Assembly (NCBI GenBank): GCA_964510165.1
Contig: CAZEBC010000011.1
Coordinates: 1 to 45,936, forward strand
DNA from: an uncultured bacterium
GTDB lineage: Bacteria > Abyssobacteria > SURF-5
DNA length: 45,936 nt
Direction of reading: 5' to 3'
Shown here: in pieces, positions 1-9,104 of the stretch
How positions within the stretch are numbered: the stretch's first letter is position 1
Layout: each line of letters begins with the position of its first letter
The notes under the pieces: model-generated
What the model saw: only the letters and a program-made list of their open reading frames with translations
Databases searched by the model: none
Told to the model about the DNA's origin: nothing
Translations under genes and position numbers: made by a program

Positions 1-36
1 ACATTGGAAAATCACAAGGCGCGGCTGGGTGATAAA

Positions 37-366
37 ATGACACGCACATACACTCATATCGAACTCGATACCGAAGTGCAGGCCATCGGCGGCCATTACA
101 CGCTCGAAAAGGAAGTCAGGATGCCTTACGACGGAAGAGAAGTGCTCTACGTGGTGGGCATGGCGCTGGTCGATTCCTCATGCTGCGCCGTCACCGGCTG
201 CAAGTACGCCATCGTGCCCGGCTTCATCGTCAACTGGAAATCCGGCGTAAACAAGGACAATCTGCCCGTCACCGAGGTCGAACCCATCCGTGATGAGCAA
301 ACTCGAAGCGAAATCACGGCCCGCATCAAACAGACTGAATTCGTTCAACTTGTCGAGTTCCATTGA
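37..366 (+). CDS. Conserved-looking hypothetical protein with a DSSCC-x3-GC Cys cluster (possible metal binding)
   Basis: ORF 4..366; ATG at 37 is the more likely start; ends 19 nt before the next gene's ATG, so it is probably co-transcribed. Confidence 0.7.
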   Translation: MTRTYTHIELDTEVQAIGGHYTLEKEVRMPYDGREVLYVVGMALVDSSCCAVTGCKYAIVPGFIVNWKSGVNKDNLPVTEVEPIRDEQTRSEITARIKQTEFVQLVEFH

Positions 367-385
367 CACCGAAAGGAGATGCGCT

Positions 386-1807
386 ATGGTTGGGATTACG
401 TCATACGGCGCGTACATTCCCCTCTGGCGACTCTCGCGCGAGGTCATCGCCGGACAGTGGGGGATGCCCGCTGCGCCCGGGGAAAAGGCAGTTGCCAACT
501 TCGATGAAGATACGCTCACGCTCGGTGTGGCCGCCGCAATCGATTGCCTGAACGGAACCGAGCGAAGTTCCGTCGACGGCGCTTTCTTCGCCACAACCAC
601 GCCTCCGTTCCTCGAACGACAGCTTTCCGTCACGCTCGCCGCGGCCACGGACCTTCGAAAGGACGTGCTCACCAGCGACTTCGGCGACTCGCTCCGCGCG
701 GGCACGCAGGCGCTCCGCGCAGCCGCCGATGCCGTCAAGGCTGGCACGGCAAAGCGCGTGCTCGTGTCGGTTGCCGACACCCGCATGCCGCCGCCCCGCT
801 CACAGTTCGAGACACTTTTCGGCGACGCAGCCGCCGCCCTCATGGTCGGCAACCAAGATGTCGCGGTCGAGATTCAGGGTTTCCACACCATGTACCATGA
901 GATTCCCGACGTCTGGCGCGCCGAAAAGGACACCTTCGTCAGGGCCTGGGAAGACCGCTTCGTCGTCGAGGAGGGCTTCCAGAAAGCCTTCAAGCAGGGC
1001 GTGTCCGAATGCATGAAGAAGTTCGGCTGCAAGCCTCAGGACTTCGCAAAAGTGGTCTCCTACGCGCCCGACTACCGCCGTCACATTGACCTCGCGAAGA
1101 TGCTGAAGATCGATCCCGCCCAGCTTCAGGATGGCCTGTTCGCAAATGTGGGCCTTACCGGGTGCGCGCATCCGCTGCTGATGCTGGTCGGCGCGCTCGA
1201 AACCGCAAAGCCCGGCGACAAGATTCTTCTCATCAGCTACGGTAACGGCATCGATATCTTCATCCTTGAGGTGACGCCGAACATTGAAAACATCCGCAAT
1301 CGCAGGGGCGTCAAGGGGCATCTCATCCCGAAAAAGGACGTGCCCGACTACGCCTCCTATGCGCAGTGGCGATGCATCGTGAACGCCGAGGCCGCCGCTC
1401 GACGCCCCGCCGCTTCAGCGCCGTCTTCATCCGCACTCTGGCGCGAGCGCGACCGCATTCTCAGGCTCTACGGCGGAAAGTGCAACAACTGCGGCACGCT
1501 TCAATTCCCGCCGCAACGTGTGTGCACCCGCTGTCAGAAGAAAGACGACTTTGAGACCGTTAGATTCTCCGACAAGAAAGCCAAGCTGTTCACCTACTCG
1601 CTCGATTACATCGCGGGTACCCTCGACGTGCCGCTCGTCGTCTGTATCATAAATTTCGAGGGCGGCGGCCGCATGCTTTGCACAATGACCGACCGCGACA
1701 TAAATGAAATCAAGGTGGACATGCCGCTCGAAATGTCGTTCCGCCGCGTGGCCACGATTGACGGCGTGCCCAATTACTACTGGAAATGTATTCCCGCGAG
1801 AGCGTGA
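386..1807 (+). CDS. HMG-CoA synthase/KAS-III-like protein fused to a C-terminal DUF35 (Zn-ribbon + OB-fold) domain
   Basis: AAAGGAG SD then ATG at 386; N-terminal VGITSYGAYIP, DED-x2-T, GDAAAA and YGNG motifs; C-terminal CNNCG..FPP...CTRC Zn ribbon and OB-fold ending YYWK. Confidence 0.85.
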   Translation: MVGITSYGAYIPLWRLSREVIAGQWGMPAAPGEKAVANFDEDTLTLGVAAAIDCLNGTERSSVDGAFFATTTPPFLERQLSVTLAAATDLRKDVLTSDFGDSLRAGTQALRAAADAVKAGTAKRVLVSVADTRMPPPRSQFETLFGDAAAALMVGNQDVAVEIQGFHTMYHEIPDVWRAEKDTFVRAWEDRFVVEEGFQKAFKQGVSECMKKFGCKPQDFAKVVSYAPDYRRHIDLAKMLKIDPAQLQDGLFANVGLTGCAHPLLMLVGALETAKPGDKILLISYGNGIDIFILEVTPNIENIRNRRGVKGHLIPKKDVPDYASYAQWRCIVNAEAAARRPAASAPSSSALWRERDRILRLYGGKCNNCGTLQFPPQRVCTRCQKKDDFETVRFSDKKAKLFTYSLDYIAGTLDVPLVVCIINFEGGGRMLCTMTDRDINEIKVDMPLEMSFRRVATIDGVPNYYWKCIPARA

Positions 1808-1823
1808 ACGGGAGGTGGGATAG

Positions 1824-3005
1824 ATGACTCAACCGATAAGGGACAGAGTCGCAATAATCGGAATGGGCTGCTCAAAATTCGGCGAGCGGTGGGACTGCGA
1901 CGCGACCGATCTCATGGTCGAGGCGGCGTATGAGGCCTACGAAGACGCCGGCATCAGCCCCAAAGACATCGAGGCGGCATGGCTGGGAACGGTACAGTCC
2001 GGCATGACCGGCCAACCAGCCGCTGCCGCCCTGAAGCTTGATTATGTTCCGATAACTCGCGTCGAGAACGCGTGCTGTACCGCAACCGATGCGTTCCGAA
2101 ACGCGGTCTATGCGGTCGCGGCGGGCATCCATGACATCGTGCTCGCGATAGGCGTCGAAAAGCTGAAAGACACGGGCTGGACGGGCCTCGGCGGGTTCGG
2201 AATTCCCGGCAGCCCGATGGTGGACGCAAACACGCCGCCGCCCGTGCAGTTCGCGCTCGCGGCGACGCGCTACGCGCATCACTACGATATCCCGATGAAG
2301 GAACTCAAGAAGACCCTTGCGCGCATCGCCGTAAAGAATCACAAGAATGGCGCACTCAACCCGAAGGCGCATTTCCAGCGCGAAATCAAACTGGAGCAGG
2401 CCCTTAATGCGCCGATGGTCGCCTGGCCGCTCGGACTGTTCGACTGCTGCGGCGTGAGCGATGGTGCAGCCGCCGCCATCATCACCACTCGCGAATTGGC
2501 GAAAAAATTCAGGGACGACTACGTGCTCGTAAAGGGCATCGGCATGGCCGTCGGCGGCCAGCAGGGGATGCTGCAGGACGATTACGACTTCGTCCATTTC
2601 GAGGAAAACGTGCGCGCCTCGCAGATGGCGTATCGGGAAGCCGGCGTCAAAGACCCGCTTGAGGAGATCGACCACGCGATGGTGCATGACTGCTTTACCA
2701 TTACCGAGTTGATCATAACCGAAGACCTGGGGTTTGCGCCGAGGGGCAAAGGGCCGGAATATCACGAGGCGGGCACGTTCGACAGGGACGGCCAGCTTGC
2801 TATCAATATTGACGGCGGGTTGAAATGTTTTGGACATCCGATCGGCGCGAGCGGCATCCGCATGATTTACGAGGTGTACAAGCAACTCCAGGGCAAGGCT
2901 GGCCCGCGCCAGAGGAAAAATCCGCGCCTCGGCATGACGCATAATCTGGGTGGCCGTCCCGGCTCATTCACTTGTACGGTCGCGATTTTCGGCAAGGAGG
3001 ATTGA
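1824..3005 (+). CDS. Acetyl-CoA acetyltransferase, SCP2-type thiolase
   Basis: GGAGG SD; motifs VENACCTA, DGAAA, HDCF, GGLK-x-FGHPIGASG and HNLGG. Confidence 0.9.
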   Translation: MTQPIRDRVAIIGMGCSKFGERWDCDATDLMVEAAYEAYEDAGISPKDIEAAWLGTVQSGMTGQPAAAALKLDYVPITRVENACCTATDAFRNAVYAVAAGIHDIVLAIGVEKLKDTGWTGLGGFGIPGSPMVDANTPPPVQFALAATRYAHHYDIPMKELKKTLARIAVKNHKNGALNPKAHFQREIKLEQALNAPMVAWPLGLFDCCGVSDGAAAAIITTRELAKKFRDDYVLVKGIGMAVGGQQGMLQDDYDFVHFEENVRASQMAYREAGVKDPLEEIDHAMVHDCFTITELIITEDLGFAPRGKGPEYHEAGTFDRDGQLAINIDGGLKCFGHPIGASGIRMIYEVYKQLQGKAGPRQRKNPRLGMTHNLGGRPGSFTCTVAIFGKED

Positions 3006-3029
3006 TCCACGAACGCCGCGGATTATTGC

Positions 3030-3070
3030 GAAAAGCGGAAACACGATGTCTCACGTGTCCCCGCTTTTCT
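3030..3070 (+). terminator. Probable intrinsic terminator / palindromic repeat after the thiolase gene
   Basis: GAAAAGCGG-aa-ACACG...CGTGT-cc-CCGCTTTTC inverted repeat ending in a T-run. Confidence 0.55.
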
Positions 3071-3088
3071 CACATCTGAATCGCCCGA

Positions 3089-3117
3089 TTGACCATTCCT
3101 GCCGGTTATGTTAGAAT
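3089..3117 (+). promoter_or_regulatory. sigma70 promoter of tRNA-Thr
   Basis: TTGACC-N17-TAGAAT with extended -10 TG, ending 13 nt before the tRNA. Confidence 0.7.
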
Positions 3118-3130
3118 GAGTCCGTTAGAA

Positions 3131-3206
3131 GCTGGAGTAGCTCAGCCGGTAGAGCACCTCACTCGTAATGAGGGGGTCGTGGGTTCGAGTCCCATCTCCA
3201 GCTCCA
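3131..3206 (+). tRNA. tRNA-Thr (anticodon CGT)
   Basis: Cloverleaf: acceptor GCTGGAG/CTCCAGC, D-arm GCTC/GAGC, anticodon stem CCTCA/TGAGG with loop CT-CGT-AA, T-arm GTGGG-TTCGAGT-CCCAT, encoded CCA. Confidence 0.97.
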
Positions 3207-3271
3207 CCCTTTCTCAAGACCCATCCTGACGAGCAAATCACAACTCATACCGGAAAAGCGCGGACCCGCCC

Positions 3272-4033
3272 TCATAATTCCACCACAAGTCCGTCATAGC
3301 AGGGGTGGACCTGGGCCGGAAGTTCGGATTCCAGTTTTTCGTGGTCGAAGTCATGGCTGAGGTGGGTGAGGAGCGCGCGCCCTGGAGCGAGACGCTTTAT
3401 CATCTCCAGTGCGCCCTCAAGGTTGAAGTGTGTCGGATGCGGCCTGTAGCGTAGCGCGTCAATTATCATCAAATCCAGCCCCTTCAATCGCCCGAGCGAT
3501 TCGTCGGGGATGGCGCTGCAGTCCGTGAGGTAAGCGGCGTCATTGAAACGGAACCCCAGAATCTCGGCTCGGCCATGGAGCAGTTTGATTGGGGTGATAC
3601 GCACGTCATCAATCCTGAGTTCCCGGGGAATGGCCTTGAGCGTGATATGAGGAATCGCGCCCCAGGAGTAATCATGCTCGAAGGCATAGAAGAACACGCG
3701 CCTCAGGCGTTCGATGGTGACCTCATCTCCATAACATGAGATCGAGTCTTGTGCGGCCCAGTTGAACACGCGCACGTCGTCGAGTCCGTGGATATGGTCG
3801 GCGTGGTAGTGGGTGAACAGGATGAGTTCGACCGAAGCGATATTGTTTTGGACGGCCTGGAGTCGAAGCTCGGTGGCGGTATCCACGAGGATGTTCTTGC
3901 CTGAGCCCGTCTGCACGCAGATCGAGGCGCGCGTGCGCTTGTTCTTCGGGTTATCGGATTTGCAAACCTCGCATTTGCAGCCGATGACGGGAACCCCCAT
4001 CGAGGTGCCCGACCCCATGATGATTATCTTCAT
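3272..4033 (-). CDS. MBL-fold metallo-hydrolase, PhnP-like phosphodiesterase
   Basis: GSGTSMGVP, CxCxxC, THYHADHIHGLDD, YLTDC, HPTH and THLSH motifs. Confidence 0.9.
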   Translation of the reverse strand: MKIIIMGSGTSMGVPVIGCKCEVCKSDNPKNKRTRASICVQTGSGKNILVDTATELRLQAVQNNIASVELILFTHYHADHIHGLDDVRVFNWAAQDSISCYGDEVTIERLRRVFFYAFEHDYSWGAIPHITLKAIPRELRIDDVRITPIKLLHGRAEILGFRFNDAAYLTDCSAIPDESLGRLKGLDLMIIDALRYRPHPTHFNLEGALEMIKRLAPGRALLTHLSHDFDHEKLESELPAQVHPCYDGLVVEL

Positions 4034-4168
4034 TCGCTGCTGTCCGAAGCGAAACTTATTGTCATTTGGCGCGTCTTATCCTTATCCCGACCCTGTCCCT
4101 CTAAAGGTGCAGGCTGGAAGTCTGCGCGACAACCCGGCCCCGTTCCATCGGGGGAGGGCGACAACAAT

Positions 4169-5212
4169 TCAATCCTCAAACAAGGCCTTGACGAATTCGT
4201 CGGGGCGGAAGGGTTTGAGGTCGTCGAGCGTTTCGCCGACGCCGATGTATTTGACCGGGATGCCGAATTCCCGCTGGATCGCGATGACGATGCCTCCCTT
4301 GGCGGTGCCGTCGAGTTTGGTCAATGCGATGCCGGTGACGCCGATCGCCTCGGTAAACAGGCGCGCCTGCGACAGCGCGTTCTGGCCCGTGGTCGCGTCG
4401 AGCACCATCAGCACCTCGTGCGGGGCGGTCGGGTCCAGTTTTCCGAGCACTCGCTTGATCTTTTTGAGTTCCTCCATCAGGTTCGTTTTGGTGTGAAGCC
4501 TGCCCGCGGTGTCTATGATGATGCGCTCGCACTTCCTCGCAATCCCGGCGGAAAGGGCGTCATACGCGACCGCCGCGGGATCGGCCCCCGACTTGTGTTT
4601 GACGATGTCGGCCCCGGCGCGTTCTGACCAGATTTCGAGCTGTTCCACCGCTGCGGCGCGGAATGTGTCGGCGGCGGCCACCAGCACTCGCTCACCTTGC
4701 TGCCTGTACATGTTGGCAAGCTTGCCGATGGTGGTTGTCTTGCCCACGCCATTGACGCCGATGATCATGATGACGTGTGGCCCGACTCGCTCGGAAGGCT
4801 GCGGCCCGGGCTCGCCGTTAAGCTTAACCGTCAACAGCGAAATTAACTCCTCCTCGAGCACCGAATAAAGCTGATCGGCGGTCGTAAGCCGGTCGCTCCT
4901 TACGCGCGCGCGCATTTTCTCTATAAGTTCGGCGGTGGTCTTGACGCCCATGTCGGATTGGATGAGGACTGACTCGAGTTCCTCGAAAACATCTTCGTCA
5001 ATCTTGCCCGCGCGAAGCACGGAGCGCACGCGCGCGGCGAAGCCCTCGCGTGCCTTTCCCAACTGGCTCCGCAGCCTGGCTATGATGCCGACTTTGTTCT
5101 TTTCGGGCGAGGGAGCAGGGGAGGCGGCGCTATTGACCGCGTTGCCGTTGGGCTTTTCCCCCGAGTCATCCCTGGCGCTGGATTTGGATTTGGAAAATGG
5201 ATTCCAAACCAT
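4169..5212 (-). CDS. ftsY: Signal recognition particle receptor FtsY
   Basis: GVNGVGKTTT, DTFRAAA, DTAGR, TKLDGTAKGG and GVGE..DDL motifs; GGAGG SD supports ATG at 5212 rather than 5335. Confidence 0.95.
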   Translation of the reverse strand: MVWNPFSKSKSSARDDSGEKPNGNAVNSAASPAPSPEKNKVGIIARLRSQLGKAREGFAARVRSVLRAGKIDEDVFEELESVLIQSDMGVKTTAELIEKMRARVRSDRLTTADQLYSVLEEELISLLTVKLNGEPGPQPSERVGPHVIMIIGVNGVGKTTTIGKLANMYRQQGERVLVAAADTFRAAAVEQLEIWSERAGADIVKHKSGADPAAVAYDALSAGIARKCERIIIDTAGRLHTKTNLMEELKKIKRVLGKLDPTAPHEVLMVLDATTGQNALSQARLFTEAIGVTGIALTKLDGTAKGGIVIAIQREFGIPVKYIGVGETLDDLKPFRPDEFVKALFED

Positions 5213-5285
5213 GATATTGAACGAGACCTCCAATCTGTTGGCGCCACATCGCTTGAAATTGCGGGACCGCGCGGATTGGTCCCGC

Positions 5286-5317
5286 AAAAAGAAGGCGGGA
5301 CAAAGCAGTGTCCCGCC
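5286..5317 (-). terminator. Intrinsic terminator downstream of smc
   Basis: GGCGGGACA/TGTCCCGCC 9-bp stem (5294-5317) followed on the minus strand by TTCTTTTT. Confidence 0.6.
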
Positions 5318-5342
5318 GCGTGGGAACCAAATCATTATACCA

Positions 5343-8300
5343 CTATGTCACGCTGGTCTCAAGGAATTCGAAGGCGGGGGCTTTCTTGAATTTGACGGAG
5401 ACAAGCTGGCTGACGCCGCGCTCCTCCATGGTCACGCCGTAGAGCAGGTCGGCCAACTCCATGGTGCGCTTATTGTGGGTAACGATGATGAACTGGACGT
5501 TCTCGGAGAACATCTTGACAAGCCGGGTGAATCGCAGGATGTTGCTGTCGTCCAGCGCGGCGTCCACCTCATCAAGCACGCAGAAGGGGCTTGGCTTGGT
5601 CTTGAAGATGGCGAACAGGAGGGAAATCGCCGTGAGCGCTTTTTCTCCGCCGGACAGCGCCGAGATGTTCTGGAGCTTCTTGCCGGGGGGTTGCACGCTT
5701 ATCTCGATCCCGCTCTCGAGCGGATTGGCGGGGTCGGTGAGATATACGTTTGCTCTGCCGCCTCCGAACAGGTGGCGGAAAATCTCGTGAAAATGGGCGC
5801 GTATGAGGTTGAAGCTGGAAAGGAACATCGCCTGGGTAGTTTCATTGATCTTCCTGATGATTCCCAAGAGCGCTTCCTTTGCCTTTCTCAAGTCGGTTTC
5901 CTGCTGGACCAGGAATTCATAGCGATGCTGCAGTTCTTCAAATTCCTCGATGGCGATGAGGTTGACCGCGCCGAGCGACTCGATTCTGCTCTTGAGCCTG
6001 GCAACCTCTTCTTCGGCGGTGTGCGGGTCAAAGCCCTCTTCGATGGTGAATTCCTGCGCGATCTCCGACATGGAGAGCCGGTATTCGTCAATCGTCTTCT
6101 GTTTGAGGAACGATATTTTTTCCTCTGTCTGCGCCAGAGTGATCTCGACCTGATGACTCTGAGAGCTTATCTGTTGTCTCTGCGCACGCGCCTGCTTGAG
6201 GTTAGCCTCCAGGGTTGCCATGTCTTCGGACAACAGACGTTTTTGTTCATCCAGCTTCGCTATCTCGGAGTCAAGCATTTTCTTCTGTTCAAATACCGTC
6301 TGAATGGAAGCGCGGCACGCCTCGATCTCGTTGATGTGACTTGTGCGTGCGCCTGCCCCCTCCTCGATCTGCTTTTGCTTCTCGGATATGCGGCGGTTGG
6401 CCTCTCGCATTTCGCCCTCGAGCCGGCCGAGTTCATGTCGGAAGGTCTTGCAGGTGAGTTCAAGAGAGGAAACGCTGACCTTGAAGTCGGTGATCTGCGC
6501 GGACAATTCATCCTTTTGCCTTCTCAGGTCGCCCAGGCGCTGGCTGGAGTCACGAAGCCGTTCGTTCGTTTCCGTCTCGACTCTGGCGGCGTGCTCTATC
6601 TGCTGTGAGAGGCTTTCGCGCTGTTTTCGCAACTCCTCGCTTTCGGTAACTGCGAGCGAGTGTTCATTGACGAGCACATCAAGCTCTTCCACGTCGCGTT
6701 TCTTCGCCTCGGTCAACTGCTGAAGGTCGCGTTCCGCTTTGGCGAGTTCGACCTCATGAGAGCCGATGGCCGCCCTGAGTTTCTGGAGCAGTTCGCGGGC
6801 GTGCTCGATGTCGCGCTTGAGCGATGTGATGCGCGCGCTTTCTGCCTCGCTTCTGGACTCCATCTGCGTGATGAAGTGGCGGAGTTCTTCAATCTCATTC
6901 TTGCGCCCGATCAGGCCCCGACCTTGTCCGGCGTTGCCCGCGCTTATGACGCCAAGCGAGGAGACGGCCTCGCCGCGCGTCGTGACCAAGTCGAGCCGGG
7001 GCGAACCGTTATCTGAATGGTTGAAGAAGGCAAGGGAAATGGCGTTGTCGAGCGAGTCGACGATAAGGGTGGACCCGAGAAGCATCTGCGCGAGGGGCCG
7101 CACGGTTTCGTCGCACGTGATCTTGTCGATCGCTTTGCCGAGAACGCAGCCATCGAGCGGCGGCAGTTCGGGCGTATGTCCGTTCGAGTTGAGCGAACTT
7201 AGCGGAATAACGCTGGCCCGACCGGTTCGACTGGATTCGAGCATCTCGGCGCAACGGTGCGCGGTTTCGATGTCTCTCACCGCGATATGCTGAAGCCTGT
7301 GGCCGAGGGCGGCCTCAATCGCGGCTTCCTGCTCCCTCTCGGCGTGGATGATCTCGGCCACTGTTCCGAGAACGCCGTCGGCCTGCGGATTGCCCTGTTG
7401 CCGGGCGAGCATGATGGTGCGGACGCCCTCGTCGTATCCTTCAAACCTGTCGCGGAGTTCCTCGAGCGACGCAAGCTTTGAACGCGCGGCGCTGAGCGAG
7501 TCGCGGATCGAGTCGCGCTCGGTCACCGACTGCTCAAGTTCGGCTTCTCTTGATGCGATTGTGGCAGTCACCGAATTAATTTCCGAACTGAGCGAGGCCA
7601 GGGCGGCGCGGAGGGATTTGGTCATGTTCCTGGTCTCGCTCAGTCGGTTTTCATACTGTTGTACGCTTTCCTCAAGTTGCGATTTTCGCTCCAGAAGTCT
7701 TGTCTTCCGTCTGGAGAGCATGTCGAGGTTGGTGTCAACCGTTCCGAGTTCGTTCTTGAGGTTGACCTTCTTATTGAGCTTGTCAAGGGAAAGCGAGCGG
7801 AGGTTCTCTATCTCGCTTTCGCATAGCGCAAGTTGCTCGGACAAGCGGTCAAGCAGGGCTGTCTTGGCCTGAAGTTCTCGTTGTGCTTCCGAGGCGCAAA
7901 CCAGAGCTTCACGCTCTTTTTCGGTCGTCTGCTGGTGTTCTTTCGCGAGGCCGTCGAGCAGGGCCTTGAGTTCCTCGATTTCGGCGAGGTCGCGCTTTTC
8001 GCGGGAGTCAATGGCGGCGATCTTCTCGCGCAGCAACGCGATCTGGCTCTCGGATTTTTCTATTTGCGATTGGAGGTCGTGCGACTGCTCATTCGAGCGT
8101 GAAAGCGTCTTCTCAAGCTCGAGCATCGCGAGACGCGCCCGTTCGACCTCGGTCTCGTGGCCGGTCTCCTTGGCCGAAACCTCTTGCAGGCTGTCCCGCA
8201 ATTGCTTTGCGCGGGCGGTCATTTCGGTGAATTCGGCGTCCAGGCGCTGGTATTTGAAGAGCGCCAGCTTGAGCTCGGTGGAGCGAAGGTCGTCGCGCAA

Positions 8301-8951
8301 TTGTCGGTAGCGTTGGGCGGCGCTTGCCTGACGCTTAAGGGAGTTTATGCGTCGGCGCACCTCGATGATGGTGTCCTGAAGCCTGAGAAGATTCGCGTCG
8401 GCGCGCTCCAGCTTTCGGAGGGCGGCGTCTCTACGGCTGTTGTACTTGATGATTCCGGCAGCGTCTTCGAAGATGTAGCGGCGTTCCTCCGGCTTTGAAC
8501 TGAGGAGGAGGTCAATTCGGCCCTGTTCGATCAAGGAATACGAATCGGCGCCGACGCCGGTCCCCATGAACAGTTCGACGACGTCCTTCCTTCTGCACGG
8601 CTGTTTGTTGATGTAATATTCGCTTTCGCCCGAGCGGAAAAGGCGGCGCGTGACGCTGATCTCGTTGTACTCCAAGGGAAGACTCGAGTCGGAGTTGTCA
8701 AGGACGAGCGTGACTTCCGCCATGCCGAGAGGATGGCGCTCATCGCTCCCCGCAAATATGACGTCCTCCATATGCTGGCCGCGGAGCACCCGCATCCGTT
8801 GTTCCCCGAAGACCCAACGGATGGCGTCGCCTATGTTGCTCTTGCCGCAGCCGTTGGGGCCGACTATCGCGGAAATTCCCTTTTCCAGTTGGAGGCAGGT
8901 CTTCTCGGCGAACGATTTGAACCCAAAAAGCTCAAGCTGCTTGAAATACAT
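5343..8951 (-). CDS. smc: Chromosome segregation protein SMC
   Basis: GFKSFA, GPNGCGKSN, long coiled coils, hinge domain, LSGGE, LDEVDAALD and VTHN; canonical smc-ftsY order. Confidence 0.97.
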   Translation of the reverse strand: MYFKQLELFGFKSFAEKTCLQLEKGISAIVGPNGCGKSNIGDAIRWVFGEQRMRVLRGQHMEDVIFAGSDERHPLGMAEVTLVLDNSDSSLPLEYNEISVTRRLFRSGESEYYINKQPCRRKDVVELFMGTGVGADSYSLIEQGRIDLLLSSKPEERRYIFEDAAGIIKYNSRRDAALRKLERADANLLRLQDTIIEVRRRINSLKRQASAAQRYRQLRDDLRSTELKLALFKYQRLDAEFTEMTARAKQLRDSLQEVSAKETGHETEVERARLAMLELEKTLSRSNEQSHDLQSQIEKSESQIALLREKIAAIDSREKRDLAEIEELKALLDGLAKEHQQTTEKEREALVCASEAQRELQAKTALLDRLSEQLALCESEIENLRSLSLDKLNKKVNLKNELGTVDTNLDMLSRRKTRLLERKSQLEESVQQYENRLSETRNMTKSLRAALASLSSEINSVTATIASREAELEQSVTERDSIRDSLSAARSKLASLEELRDRFEGYDEGVRTIMLARQQGNPQADGVLGTVAEIIHAEREQEAAIEAALGHRLQHIAVRDIETAHRCAEMLESSRTGRASVIPLSSLNSNGHTPELPPLDGCVLGKAIDKITCDETVRPLAQMLLGSTLIVDSLDNAISLAFFNHSDNGSPRLDLVTTRGEAVSSLGVISAGNAGQGRGLIGRKNEIEELRHFITQMESRSEAESARITSLKRDIEHARELLQKLRAAIGSHEVELAKAERDLQQLTEAKKRDVEELDVLVNEHSLAVTESEELRKQRESLSQQIEHAARVETETNERLRDSSQRLGDLRRQKDELSAQITDFKVSVSSLELTCKTFRHELGRLEGEMREANRRISEKQKQIEEGAGARTSHINEIEACRASIQTVFEQKKMLDSEIAKLDEQKRLLSEDMATLEANLKQARAQRQQISSQSHQVEITLAQTEEKISFLKQKTIDEYRLSMSEIAQEFTIEEGFDPHTAEEEVARLKSRIESLGAVNLIAIEEFEELQHRYEFLVQQETDLRKAKEALLGIIRKINETTQAMFLSSFNLIRAHFHEIFRHLFGGGRANVYLTDPANPLESGIEISVQPPGKKLQNISALSGGEKALTAISLLFAIFKTKPSPFCVLDEVDAALDDSNILRFTRLVKMFSENVQFIIVTHNKRTMELADLLYGVTMEERGVSQLVSVKFKKAPAFEFLETSVT

Positions 8952-9021
8952 TCTTTGACTCTCCGAGATGACTAATTGTTACGCCGCTTATGATGTTTGG
9001 TAAGGAATGTATATTGCTAAC

Positions 9022-9049
9022 AGTGTACCATATTTTTGGGATTTGTCAA
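9022..9049 (-). promoter_or_regulatory. sigma70 promoter of smc
   Basis: Minus strand TTGACA-N16-TACACT with extended -10 TG, in an AT-rich intergenic region. Confidence 0.65.
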
Positions 9050-9104
9050 GGGAAAAATACCATATGTAGTAAGGAAATTGGGGAGGGACATCTAGATTTT
9101 GTGG
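9026..9104. promoter_or_regulatory. Three NrdR-box-like sites (9026-9041, 9057-9072, 9089-9104)
   Basis: Cores CATATTTTTG, CCATATGTAG and CTAGATTTTG fit the NrdR consensus core CwAtATaTwG; spacing is 31 and 32 bp. Confidence 0.55.

Noticed and set aside
290-385. Extended N-termini given by the ORF track (290, 5335, 11479, 15100, 25925, 29816, 39941, 41365)
   Set aside because: Downstream starts have better SD sequences or coupling and match where family homology begins; the extensions overlap neighbouring genes, promoters or terminators
3131-3271. tRNA-Thr as an integration site
   Set aside because: No integrase and no duplicated tRNA 3' end noticed in the window; the flanks are housekeeping genes
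4935-6608. 557-aa plus-strand ORF and other ORFs opposite smc/ftsY
   Set aside because: Antisense to well-supported smc and ftsY
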